Source: a virus. From it: 64,000 nucleotides of DNA. The stretch's first letter is position 1. The number at the start of each line of letters is the position of its first letter. The notes under the pieces are model-generated. The model was given only the letters and a program-made list of their open reading frames with translations, was not told the DNA's origin and ran no database searches. The position numbers were made by a program, and so were the translations under genes. The DNA lies in the IMG/VR virus record IMGVR_UViG_3300042691_012617, positions 1-64,000 of that record, one strand, 5' to 3'. Positions 45,493-55,206 of this stretch are shown here, in pieces.

Positions 45493-47714
45493 AGTGCTTC
45501 TTCGGCACTCGTTACCGTTGGTTTCTTTGGTGGTACGAACTCGTAAGCGAATAAATGAATCTTTCTTGTTCCTGGTATCAGTCTTCCCTGTTCATCTAGT
45601 ATGTCCATCCGAAGCGTGTGTCTGCCATTCTTCATCGCCTTAAGAACAGTCCGTCTGCTGTTGATTGAAAGGGTTGACCTCAACTTGTTATCAAGATAGA
45701 CCTTGATTTCCTTCGCCTTATAATAGGAAAGGTTTCCTTCATTTGCTATCGTAAAATTGACCGTCAGGGTCTTGAAGAAGTTGTAGTCAGATTCTTGAGT
45801 GCCAACAGGTACGGATGGATTGTTTGCAATCAGCCCCTCGGCGGGAGTCGTGATTGCAATCTTTGGCACAGCCACATCTGCGAAGTTTTCGTTCTTGCAG
45901 TCAAACTCTTGTCCCTGTGGCATGTTGAAAAAAGCCCGTGCTGTGATCTTTCGGAACGCGCTATTTTCGTCGTATTCAAGAAGAGCGTATTTGAAATCTT
46001 CTTCCTCGGTGTAGTAGAGACCGTTAGGACACGGTGTCACATTCCCGTTGCAGGGTTCGCTTACATTCACCGTGATGTTGAGAGGATCGTTAGTATCCTG
46101 CAAATACTTTTCCCATGTCACGATGTCATCAGAGCGACCTTCTTTGCGATACGACCATTCCTGCCAGCCGCCGTCCTGTGATAGGAAATCATTGATTTGA
46201 GTGTTCCAAATCTTGGCAATGTGGTATCCACGCGAGACCATTTTGTTTGGGTGTGGGTAGACAATCCAAAACGGATCTGCGTTTGGGAAATCCGTTTCGT
46301 ACAAGATGCCGCTACTGGCACCTGTTGCCGCAATGAAGCCTACGCTGTTCGTGATCGGATTGCCTTTTATGGCTAAACCATTTCCAACAGCCTGAATGTA
46401 TTTGTCGTGCAGATCGGGAGAATATCCCGCTGCCGTGAGACCACCACCTGTAATTCCCGTTAGGAACCACAGAGACAGATCATCGAATGTTTGGAATGTA
46501 TATGGCACATAATGACCAATGATCGGAACATGATATGACATCAGAGCAGATGCATTCTGCAAGTCTGCTTCGGCGCATCTCTTGATCAACACCGAACCAA
46601 ACATTGCGGTTCCAATTGGGTGTACCAATCTGCGAATGACTTCTCTGTATCTGTCAATTACAACTTCGGTCTTCAGGACATACGACCAGTTCTGATAGAA
46701 GTGATTGTCCTGTAGCACCTTGTTTGTGCTGAGTCTTCCGTCATTGTTCGCGTAGTATCCCGCAGATTGACACAATGCACCTACGGTCACGGTGCCGCTG
46801 AATCCCGATCCTCGGATCGTGTCGATGACAATGCTCGGTGCAACCTTGTAGTTGATACCAAAGTCATTAATGTCGATCTTTCGAATAGATCCCGATCCGT
46901 CAACCTCGACTACCGTTCCTGCCGCTTGCTGACCGCTGTCTCCACTTGCAGCAACAAATCGAACCCGATCACCGATCTCATAGTCGCTGCCTCCATTTGA
47001 AATGCTGAGTGAAGATACAACGCTGTATACAGAGACTTCATGGAAAGACTCCTCCCCATCGGTGAAATCAAGTCCCAAGTTTCCTGCTGTAAATGTACCG
47101 TTTCTTCCCGAAATCAAGAGTTCCGCTACGGGGAAGTTGTCAATCTGATAGACATTTACATCCACGACACGGGCTGTCGCTAGGATCGAACCACTTGCGC
47201 TCTTTTGCACGATGTTGTTTCCTGCGGCACGATAAATTGTGTCGCCAAGAGCGTTGGAGATTCGTAGGTAGTTGTTCTGTGTCCATCTGCCCGAAGACAA
47301 ACGCATAATGTCTGTCTTGGGATAATAGAACTCCACCGATGTGTCGTAGAGAATACGAAACAGGAACTCATATGACTTCTCGGTGCCTTTTGCAAGATAG
47401 AACTGCTTGATGTTTTTCATGAGCCGCCGCGCATCGACAGGCTCATTCGTTGTCTTATTTACGGCAAGACTCTCGGGGAAGTTAAGCAGATACTGCTTGC
47501 GAAAGTCCTCCACGAACTGATCAAGTGTTGTATCGATATCGGGGATGTCGTGCATTGCCATGGGCGAAAGCACTTTTCCTTCATTTCTCTCCAATCCCAA
47601 CCACTCGTAATACGCAGACAGAAAGGCAACGAGCGTAGGATGATCCACCCGAACAAACTCGGGGAGTCTATCGGGAACCAAACGGGAAAGATTGCGATCA
47701 CCATCAATGCTCAT
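45489..47714 (-). CDS. baseplate wedge protein (gp7-like)
   Basis: LPEFVR.DHP.LV.FL.AYYEW, FYLAKGTEKSY.FLFRILY and QDNHFYQNWSYVLK...LVHPIG; lies between gp6 and gp8. Confidence 0.8.
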   Translation of the reverse strand: MSIDGDRNLSRLVPDRLPEFVRVDHPTLVAFLSAYYEWLGLERNEGKVLSPMAMHDIPDIDTTLDQFVEDFRKQYLLNFPESLAVNKTTNEPVDARRLMKNIKQFYLAKGTEKSYEFLFRILYDTSVEFYYPKTDIMRLSSGRWTQNNYLRISNALGDTIYRAAGNNIVQKSASGSILATARVVDVNVYQIDNFPVAELLISGRNGTFTAGNLGLDFTDGEESFHEVSVYSVVSSLSISNGGSDYEIGDRVRFVAASGDSGQQAAGTVVEVDGSGSIRKIDINDFGINYKVAPSIVIDTIRGSGFSGTVTVGALCQSAGYYANNDGRLSTNKVLQDNHFYQNWSYVLKTEVVIDRYREVIRRLVHPIGTAMFGSVLIKRCAEADLQNASALMSYHVPIIGHYVPYTFQTFDDLSLWFLTGITGGGLTAAGYSPDLHDKYIQAVGNGLAIKGNPITNSVGFIAATGASSGILYETDFPNADPFWIVYPHPNKMVSRGYHIAKIWNTQINDFLSQDGGWQEWSYRKEGRSDDIVTWEKYLQDTNDPLNITVNVSEPCNGNVTPCPNGLYYTEEEDFKYALLEYDENSAFRKITARAFFNMPQGQEFDCKNENFADVAVPKIAITTPAEGLIANNPSVPVGTQESDYNFFKTLTVNFTIANEGNLSYYKAKEIKVYLDNKLRSTLSINSRRTVLKAMKNGRHTLRMDILDEQGRLIPGTRKIHLFAYEFVPPKKPTVTSAEEAL

Positions 47715-47720
47715 GTTCGA

Positions 47721-49649
47721 TTACCGCGTGAAAGGGGAATCACTTGCACTTCTATCTATTGTGGTCTTTTCGGGGATTGCGCTGACCGAAGTTCCCAAGT
47801 CATCGATGATGATGATTTGATTCCTGCGGGCAAAGATGTCTTTCTTCTCGGGAGTCACCGTGACTTTCAAGGATGTCTGACCATCGTCCAAATACTCGGG
47901 CGTGAAGTTGCGAAGCGAGATCGTTCCTGTTACATAATCGATGCTGCCGACATTCTTCAGTACAACAACCTTGGACGAACCGACTTGCTTATAGATACGG
48001 ACATTTCCATATCCATCGTCATCCAAGAAGCAGTCAACAATAGGTTTTACGATTGCCGTAGATGTTGCATCTCGGTAGCCAAACAGAGTGCTTGAGAGGA
48101 TTGGTGTGTACCCATTAACAGGGTGCAGAAGTGGATTGTCAAAGCGAATTGTGTAAGGAGCAGCCCGATTCAGGTTTGGCTCAAACTGCTTGGACAGAGT
48201 AATTTCTGTCGAGTTCGAATTGATTGCGGGTGCTGCGCCGTCGATGATGGAGGAGAACTTTGACAGTCTGAAGTTGCGTTGGAACAGACCAAGATAATTC
48301 GTGTTGAACACCTTGATGAGCGAGGAGATTCGGGTTTCGACTCCCGCCTTGTTCAGGGTTGTCTTCGACTCGTCGTAATACACCGTGACGGAGGGATTAA
48401 TGTAAAGGATATCGGGATCAACAACCTCGGGTGTGATTGTGACAAGGTTGCGCTGACCCAAAATTGTCCGTTCGATTGCTTGCTTCTCGGTATTGGACAG
48501 TCGTGTACCAACCTTTGGCTTAATGCTGATATAGACCTTGCCGTACTGAGGTGGATCGTTTTCCTCGCCACCCCAAATGAAGAATGAATCTGCGCGGCTT
48601 GCATACTCGCGTCCTAGCAAAGCCTTGTAGTCATCTGCGGTGACTGCACGATCCTGCGCCTGATAGTTGCGCGGGGCGTAGTAACGAATAGACTCAATGT
48701 CTTCGCTGTCTTCACCGCCGAAAGACACCTGAACCTTGTCGTTCTCGTCGGTCTTGATTCGGACTTCGCTTACTCGGCTATCCGTGGCACAGGTGATTGC
48801 TCTCTTTGTGCTGCTCTCGTCGTAGCCGATCCCGTTTCCTGCGGAACCGTTCGTGACCAAATATCGAAGAGTAATCACATTACCGTTTTCGATTGCCTTT
48901 CCAACCACACCATCACCGAAGTAGACTTCCCAAAATCCGTCTCTGCTCTCCTGAATGAAGAACACATTCGATGACGAATTCAATTTGTTGATGTCGGTCG
49001 CCTTCTTCCACAGTTGTGCTGACCCCGTGGTGTCAGTTTGAGACCGCTGTACAAGAACGACTAGGGTATCGATATCCACATTCAGATCGGGGATTGTGAA
49101 CTTCGCCTCGCTGCCTCCCTGTGTATTGGCAACATAGGCAACTTGTTTCAGATACCCCTGATACAGAGTGACATCTTGAACAAGGTTTTCACCGCCACGC
49201 CGTACTGCTTTGTACGATTCCAATGTGACGAAGTTGACGGATTTGCCATCAACATCCTTACCACGGAAGACCTGTCCCTGTTCAATAAATTCACGCCCCT
49301 GAATGACACGCTGCGTAAAACTACTCGCTACAGATTCATCTCCCAACGAAACATCAACAACCAGTTTTGCTGCTTTCTTCGAACGCGGCGTGTAATTCAA
49401 GTGCTTGGCAAGAGAGACTACGGACGGGCGCATGACTGCCGAATCGATGAATGATTCGTTTGCCGCCATGTTTGCATAGAATGCCTGATAGTGGGTGTTA
49501 TATGCCAACAGATCTAGCACAATCGACAGCGCAGAGCCTTCGAAGTTGTAGTCCTTGAACTGCTCCTGACCCTGAAGATATGCCTTCAGGTTGTTCTTAA
49601 TCTCATCGAATTCAAGCGACTGAATGGGTGTGTTGGAACTGTTATTCAT
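47721..49649 (-). CDS. gp6: baseplate wedge subunit
   Basis: FKDYNFEGSALS..LDLLAYNTHY, QDRAVTADDY and WGGEENDPPQYGKVYISIKP. Confidence 0.97.
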   Translation of the reverse strand: MNNSSNTPIQSLEFDEIKNNLKAYLQGQEQFKDYNFEGSALSIVLDLLAYNTHYQAFYANMAANESFIDSAVMRPSVVSLAKHLNYTPRSKKAAKLVVDVSLGDESVASSFTQRVIQGREFIEQGQVFRGKDVDGKSVNFVTLESYKAVRRGGENLVQDVTLYQGYLKQVAYVANTQGGSEAKFTIPDLNVDIDTLVVLVQRSQTDTTGSAQLWKKATDINKLNSSSNVFFIQESRDGFWEVYFGDGVVGKAIENGNVITLRYLVTNGSAGNGIGYDESSTKRAITCATDSRVSEVRIKTDENDKVQVSFGGEDSEDIESIRYYAPRNYQAQDRAVTADDYKALLGREYASRADSFFIWGGEENDPPQYGKVYISIKPKVGTRLSNTEKQAIERTILGQRNLVTITPEVVDPDILYINPSVTVYYDESKTTLNKAGVETRISSLIKVFNTNYLGLFQRNFRLSKFSSIIDGAAPAINSNSTEITLSKQFEPNLNRAAPYTIRFDNPLLHPVNGYTPILSSTLFGYRDATSTAIVKPIVDCFLDDDGYGNVRIYKQVGSSKVVVLKNVGSIDYVTGTISLRNFTPEYLDDGQTSLKVTVTPEKKDIFARRNQIIIIDDLGTSVSAIPEKTTIDRSASDSPFTR

Positions 49650-50038
49650 CGTAGCCTCTGTAGAGCGACTGTTGTCGAGAAGACTTTCTGCACATTCTTA
49701 ATCGTAAAGTGGATTGTGATGCGAATCTCATTTCTATCTATTACATCAACCACATCTATGATTGCGTTGCTGACTCGGGGTTCGTATCGCTGAATCGCGT
49801 CACCGATCCTGCGCTTTAGTTCAATCAGCATGACGGGGTCTACCAGTTCGAACAAAAGATCTTGAATACCCGAACTGATCTCGGGGTGAAATGGCTTTTC
49901 TCCACGACGATAAAGCAGAAGGTTGCGAAGCGATCTCTTGATGGCTTCCTCGTCCTTACGCAGCGAAACATCTCCCGACAGCGGATTGCGGTCGAAGTTG
50001 ATGTCCAAGTCGATGGAGGTGTTCTGTGTCTTTGCCAT
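49646..50038 (-). CDS. gp25: baseplate wedge subunit
   Basis: DEEAIKRSLRNL, GEKPFHP and IQRYEPRV. Confidence 0.93.
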   Translation of the reverse strand: MAKTQNTSIDLDINFDRNPLSGDVSLRKDEEAIKRSLRNLLLYRRGEKPFHPEISSGIQDLLFELVDPVMLIELKRRIGDAIQRYEPRVSNAIIDVVDVIDRNEIRITIHFTIKNVQKVFSTTVALQRLR

Positions 50039-50041
50039 TCT

Positions 50042-50686
50042 TTACCTTAGAGCCAGTTCAAGTTCGATGTAGTCTCGGGATTGTTCAAACACAGCCTTGA
50101 GGTTCTTGGCTTGCTCGGGGGTAGGCAACTTTTCCGATTCGAACCACTCAAGTTCCACGAACCCGATATACAGGTCTTCCTTCATGATCGGCAGAATCGC
50201 ATATGCAACAATTCCATTTGACTTGTTGTATGAACGGAAGTAGCCATCCCGCATCGCTTCGGTCATATGCAACCTTGGATTGTTCTCGCGCATCGTTTCG
50301 ACCAAGTCCCAAAACATGGTCACCAAGATGTTCTGAAGATTTGCCCCATCATAAGGAACGCCGCGCTCACATGATTCGTGAGTGATGGAGAATTTCTTCA
50401 TCGGAGTGCCATCCAAGAATTTGCCTCCATTGTGGAAATGTGCGATTCTTGCGCGACATGCGTTTGCCTTTACACGAACTCCCGTGAGAGTTTCATGGAT
50501 GATCGTATGCTTTGCTTGGAAATTGGAATTCTTACTTCCTCCGATTGAGGCTTCTTCCATCTCCTTGCGCTTCTCAACAACAATCTTTCGCTTGGCATAA
50601 AAAGCCCCTGCGATTAGACCGCCGATGATGCCTGATGCTGCAATGCCGACCTCAAACCAAGTCTGTAGTGATGTAAACATCTCCAT
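50042..50686 (-). CDS. single-TM protein with a GAF-like domain (T4 holin T-like)
   Basis: N-terminal TM; FHNGG.F..G..MKKFS.THE and LPI....YIGFVELEW. Confidence 0.6.
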   Translation of the reverse strand: MEMFTSLQTWFEVGIAASGIIGGLIAGAFYAKRKIVVEKRKEMEEASIGGSKNSNFQAKHTIIHETLTGVRVKANACRARIAHFHNGGKFLDGTPMKKFSITHESCERGVPYDGANLQNILVTMFWDLVETMRENNPRLHMTEAMRDGYFRSYNKSNGIVAYAILPIMKEDLYIGFVELEWFESEKLPTPEQAKNLKAVFEQSRDYIELELALR

Positions 50687-50689
50687 CTC

Positions 50690-50977
50690 TTAACCCCCGC
50701 AGTAGACATTTCTGCTTCCCCGCGCACATGCGGAGCCGCAATGGACAGGATCAGCAACCCTTGCTGCGGGTTTACTGTTGATGAATACGGAAGATGAGCC
50801 TTCCGCTGTTTTGCTTTGATGGCACGAATCGCCGCAGCAATGGGTCGCCCAGCCGTCACCTTTGCGATGCCAACCAAGGCTGTTAACGAACACATTCTTT
50901 GAACCCTCAATATTGCGGCGAGGGGGGAAGCATCCGTGTCCTGAGCAGATATCTGTGTGTCGGTGAGCGGCGGGCAT
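50690..50977 (-). CDS. PAAR spike-tip protein (gp5.4-like)
   Basis: MPAAHR..DICSGHGCFPP...GSSSVFINSKPAARVADP..CGS. Confidence 0.93.
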   Translation of the reverse strand: MPAAHRHTDICSGHGCFPPRRNIEGSKNVFVNSLGWHRKGDGWATHCCGDSCHQSKTAEGSSSVFINSKPAARVADPVHCGSACARGSRNVYCGG

Positions 50978-50986
50978 CAAGTCTCC

Positions 50987-51769
50987 TTAGCAATTTGGAA
51001 AGTACCCACGCTCCTTCATGGTGGCGAGATACTGTTTGTTCGTCACGGGTTTGCCATCAATGAACATCTGATTCCTGATATTTAGGATGAACTCATCCCT
51101 GTCCGAAGACCAATTATTGCTTGTGTCGATCAGGAACTCGCCGTCGATGTATCTGCTAGTTAGAGAGGGATCAAACGCCCGTGCGATGAAGATGATTCCT
51201 TTCGGTATCGGGAATCCCGCTTTATACAAAGATGCCGATCCTCGCACAGCATAATTGTCTTCGGTGAACTTGCGCGGAGACTGTTCTCCAAAATCGAAGT
51301 TGAACAACTCTGCTGCCTGTGTGTCTCTCGGCTCTTCGGGAATGCCCTGTGGATTCGTAAGTCCAAATTCCACGGGAAAGATGTCATCCAAGTCATCAAT
51401 CTTGCCGAAGAGATATCCTGTGTCGATGTCTAGGGTGAGACTTGGCGGAAACACGCCGCTAACGATTGCAAACTTTAGATCACCGCCTGTGGTGGGCGGT
51501 GCGCCCACATAGGACACATATGCTGCCCTGAGTTGAATGGTAGTCCTGCAACTGACATCGGGATCCTGCGGTCGAATGACCTTTTGCTGTTCGAAGATCG
51601 GGCGCGAGGGCGAAGTCTCGTTGTATGACTTGTTCAATATGGCGGGACTCAGCCATTGAATGTCGCCCGTTACCGATGACAGAGACTCATCCTGCTCAAC
51701 GATGTTCAGTTCACCGAATCCTGCGGGATAGTAGTATTCGATAGGCTGTGCGCCCGTCATACTAGCCAT
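50987..51769 (-). CDS. hypothetical baseplate-region protein with an Ig-like segment
   Basis: KFAIVSGVFPPSLTLDIDTGYLFG resembles a putative Ig repeat. Confidence 0.6.
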   Translation of the reverse strand: MASMTGAQPIEYYYPAGFGELNIVEQDESLSSVTGDIQWLSPAILNKSYNETSPSRPIFEQQKVIRPQDPDVSCRTTIQLRAAYVSYVGAPPTTGGDLKFAIVSGVFPPSLTLDIDTGYLFGKIDDLDDIFPVEFGLTNPQGIPEEPRDTQAAELFNFDFGEQSPRKFTEDNYAVRGSASLYKAGFPIPKGIIFIARAFDPSLTSRYIDGEFLIDTSNNWSSDRDEFILNIRNQMFIDGKPVTNKQYLATMKERGYFPNC

Positions 51770-52488
51770 CAGAATTCTCCTAGGTCGATTTCATCATCCA
51801 AACTCTTCACCGTAACATCGGGCGAGTCAATCACGATGTTGGGGTTCGTGCCATACGGAACTGGTTCTGCGATAAATGCATCGATTGGTTCCTCTGTTGG
51901 CGGCGACAACGCCTCACCCATCTTTGGTTCGGATGGCGGTGTTGGAACAGCCTCGGGCTTACCGCATGAGATTGTCGGGATGTTGCCCTGAATCGCGGCT
52001 CCAATATCTGAGATCGTATCGTTGATCTTGCCAACTACACCAACAATTGCTTCTGATGCAATCTGTAGGGTTGGAAGAGTGATGCCATTGATTCCTGCCA
52101 TGATGTCGTTGAGCGATGGCAATCCACCTATGCTTGAATTGGTGATGTTCAAATCCAAAGACGGTACCTTGCCTAAGAATCCACAGATGTCGATGTCGGG
52201 AACCTGTGAGATGTCTCCACGCTCCGTGGTCAATTCATTGATGCTTTTCTTTGACTCCTTGAAGTCTGTTGCAACAGGAACATTGACCATGCCGCGAATG
52301 CTGACTGCCTCACTTGTCTTGACCGATGACTTCTGTGCTGCGTCCAAGGCAGCATATGTCTTCAGTTGATTCTGCTGATCGAATTGGTATGTTTCAATCT
52401 CGTCTGTGGAATAGACAGATCCTTGCGTACTCTTAGAAGGAGTACCACTCGCAATTGGCACGGACATGTTCGGTCTTGCAAAAGACAT
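51769..52488 (-). CDS. hypothetical protein downstream of gp5
   Basis: Coupled to both neighbours. Confidence 0.65.
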   Translation of the reverse strand: MSFARPNMSVPIASGTPSKSTQGSVYSTDEIETYQFDQQNQLKTYAALDAAQKSSVKTSEAVSIRGMVNVPVATDFKESKKSINELTTERGDISQVPDIDICGFLGKVPSLDLNITNSSIGGLPSLNDIMAGINGITLPTLQIASEAIVGVVGKINDTISDIGAAIQGNIPTISCGKPEAVPTPPSEPKMGEALSPPTEEPIDAFIAEPVPYGTNPNIVIDSPDVTVKSLDDEIDLGEF

Positions 52489-53723
52489 TAGTCCTTGTTC
52501 CTCACTTGCAGATCCGTTGGGCTAAGTTTGTCGATCAATCCATTCACCAAACCACGCAACTTATCCATCAAAGTCTGTACATTTGATGAGTTCTCTCCCT
52601 CGGGATTCAAGTCAATACGGGGTGCCATGATTACCATGTTGCCTTCGCTCGACAGCGTGTATGTGCCCTTGACCTTCTGTAGGAAGTTGCCACCCACATC
52701 GACAGTCATGTTGCCCTTGGCATACATCTTTGTGTCGCCTTGCACCTCAATCTCCAAATCCTTGCCCATGAGAATCTTCATGGTCTTGTCTGTGTTGAAC
52801 GAGCAGTTGCCCTTCACCAAGATCATCTTGTCGTTGAGCGTGATATCCCATGCGTTACCAACGACCTTGTGTACTTCGCTGCCCCTTGGGTGAATCTCTG
52901 TGAATGTGCCTGAGCAATGGTACCAATGCATTCTCTCTGCACCAGGGGTATCGTCATATTCAACGACATGTCCTGCCTGAGATTCATAGACATTGTTGAA
53001 GGGATACTGCGCGGCATAGGGGGTCTCGGGTTCTGCCCAAAAGCCATACAGCGCAGACACACAGAACTCTAGGCTGTCCTTCTTTTTCTTGACAATCGTG
53101 TTCTCAATCTGTTCGTTTCTTGCTAGACGATTCGTGTCTGCCTCGCCCATGCGCGAGATCAGCGGATACATGCCCTGTGGATCTGCAAATCCGCGGTTGG
53201 TGTCGATTGTTGGATTCTTAGGCAACTGATATGACTTCAAACCGACATCGTTTTTTGCCTCATCCAACGAACTGATGATCTGTGCCTTCCTGCTCTCAAT
53301 CTCGTTGATGTAGATCTGCTTCACATCCTCAGGATCGATCAGGGGAATGTTTGGCAAGTTTGCAAGTTCGTTCGGAACAGGAATGTTGACGGTGTTGATA
53401 CCACCAATGGTTCCAAAGACCACGGGTTCCTGTGCATTCATACCATCTCGGAAGAAGCCAACAACCCATGCGCCCTGTAGCAATCCCGTGGGAGACCATC
53501 CCTTGCCCGATACACTCGCACTCGTAACAGGCATTATCACATGCGCCCAAGGAAGATCCGTTGTGGGAATCTGTGCCTTGTCATCGGTGTGCCAACCAAG
53601 TACGCGCACACGGACGCGACCCAACTTGAGCGGGTCATAGATGTCCTCCACGACACCTTGCCACCACACAAAGCCGTTCTTGCCCATGTAGTCCGCTCTC
53701 AATGGTTCTTGATTGCTGCTCAT
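52488..53723 (-). CDS. gp5: baseplate hub/spike protein, no lysozyme domain
   Basis: WWQGVVEDIYDPLKLGRVRVR (OB fold), YPFNNVYESQAGHVVEYDDTPG and beta-helix repeats. Confidence 0.93.
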   Translation of the reverse strand: MSSNQEPLRADYMGKNGFVWWQGVVEDIYDPLKLGRVRVRVLGWHTDDKAQIPTTDLPWAHVIMPVTSASVSGKGWSPTGLLQGAWVVGFFRDGMNAQEPVVFGTIGGINTVNIPVPNELANLPNIPLIDPEDVKQIYINEIESRKAQIISSLDEAKNDVGLKSYQLPKNPTIDTNRGFADPQGMYPLISRMGEADTNRLARNEQIENTIVKKKKDSLEFCVSALYGFWAEPETPYAAQYPFNNVYESQAGHVVEYDDTPGAERMHWYHCSGTFTEIHPRGSEVHKVVGNAWDITLNDKMILVKGNCSFNTDKTMKILMGKDLEIEVQGDTKMYAKGNMTVDVGGNFLQKVKGTYTLSSEGNMVIMAPRIDLNPEGENSSNVQTLMDKLRGLVNGLIDKLSPTDLQVRNKD

Positions 53724-55198
53724 GATGGCTCCAAGTTCAACTCTGCCTTCTTGTAGTCGGCAATTGGTTCTGCGAAAGAATCGCGTGATAGTGTCATAGT
53801 CATAGTATGTTCACGATCTGTAACTAGGTGCTTGACGGTGGTGACCAAGTAACGACCCTTGAGATAATCGTCCTCGTAATTGTCCTGCTTTTTGGTGGCT
53901 TCCTTTGCAATTGTTCTGAAGTTGATCACCTGACCAACCTTGACATTCGTATCTCCATAGCATGACACGATCAGGTTGATGGAATTCATTTGATTGAGTA
54001 GCGACTGCCTAAGCAACACGGTCTCCTCAGGATCATGCACCTGAGCGATTCCCGCCATCGAATATGATGACTTCGGATAGAAGCGAGTGTGAGACTCGAC
54101 AGAATCCGTGTAATCAATCTTCTGCATCGGAATCAGCGGATTCTTCTCAAGGTGCGCTGCATCGTTCATGAAGGATTTGTCATACTTGAACTGCGATGTA
54201 GACCAAGTCTTCGTGGTCATATCGTGTGTCATGATGGCAGACGCAAGCATTCCCAAGTTCTGCTGCTTGATCTTGTCGGTCATGTCCTCTACGACCAACG
54301 AGTGAATGTTTCGTAGTTCGGATTCAAGCATTCTTGATCCATCTTCGCTGCGAAACCCATCAGGATAGTTTGTGTAGGTGAATGCGACATCCGCTGTCTT
54401 CAGACCCGATAGCGGCACAAAATGGTGACCGTCTGAGTTCTGAAAAAGCACATAATCGCACATCGATGTGTCTGCCTTGGCTCTAGCCCTGTGAGCAAGC
54501 CAATTGATTGCATACAGAGGTGACCAATAAGGAATCACATACGACCGTGTGTCGAAAGTCTCCGTAACTGTCTTCAGGTGGATTTTGTCATCATCCAATG
54601 CCTCTCGCACAAGCCCCACCGCGCCGCCTACGATAGCCCCTGCTACGCCCCCTGCGATTGGCAGGGGAATCATGCTGCCGATCAGCCCCCCTGCTGCCGC
54701 GCCTCCTGCTGCCGCTGAAATGAGACCGTTGTTCTCGCCGTTATCGACGGCCAAGTACTCGTCAAAGATGTTAGTGACCATCTTCGAAACTGGCATGTTT
54801 CGATAGGATTTCGAAACTTTTGATTGCATGCTTTTGATTGCTTGAGTTGCGACAAACTCAATGCGAACCATCTGCGCCGACTCTTGTGCCGTTTCTGTAA
54901 GCACGGAAATCTTGTAGGTTCGGAACACCAACTTGACAGGCTGTCCACCGCCCATCGGGGTTCTGTAGATGATCGTCAGCGTCTCGGCACCGATGATCGG
55001 AAAGTTCTTTACGATGTTCATTGAGTCGATCAGCGTGATGCTTCCCGACATGCAGTTGCTGAAGATGTCCTCATACACAATGAAGTTCTGAAAGATGCCC
55101 TTCAGGCTCATCGTAAAGCCAGTATATGACTTGAGGGTGATCTCATCGATCACCACATCTCCTGGTTTCACCATCGTGTCGCTACTGACATCTGTCAC
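53720..55198 (-). CDS. baseplate hub protein (gp27-like)
   Basis: YEDIFSNCMSGSI.L.DS..I...PIIG.E, GD..VKVGQVI and GRYLVTTVKH; lies between gp53 and gp5. Confidence 0.75.
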   Translation of the reverse strand: MTDVSSDTMVKPGDVVIDEITLKSYTGFTMSLKGIFQNFIVYEDIFSNCMSGSITLIDSMNIVKNFPIIGAETLTIIYRTPMGGGQPVKLVFRTYKISVLTETAQESAQMVRIEFVATQAIKSMQSKVSKSYRNMPVSKMVTNIFDEYLAVDNGENNGLISAAAGGAAAGGLIGSMIPLPIAGGVAGAIVGGAVGLVREALDDDKIHLKTVTETFDTRSYVIPYWSPLYAINWLAHRARAKADTSMCDYVLFQNSDGHHFVPLSGLKTADVAFTYTNYPDGFRSEDGSRMLESELRNIHSLVVEDMTDKIKQQNLGMLASAIMTHDMTTKTWSTSQFKYDKSFMNDAAHLEKNPLIPMQKIDYTDSVESHTRFYPKSSYSMAGIAQVHDPEETVLLRQSLLNQMNSINLIVSCYGDTNVKVGQVINFRTIAKEATKKQDNYEDDYLKGRYLVTTVKHLVTDREHTMTMTLSRDSFAEPIADYKKAELNLEPS

Positions 55199-55206
55199 GA
55201 TTCACC

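Noticed and set aside
52488-53723. gp5 lacking a lysozyme domain as a novelty
   Set aside because: This is common among non-enteric T4-like phages.
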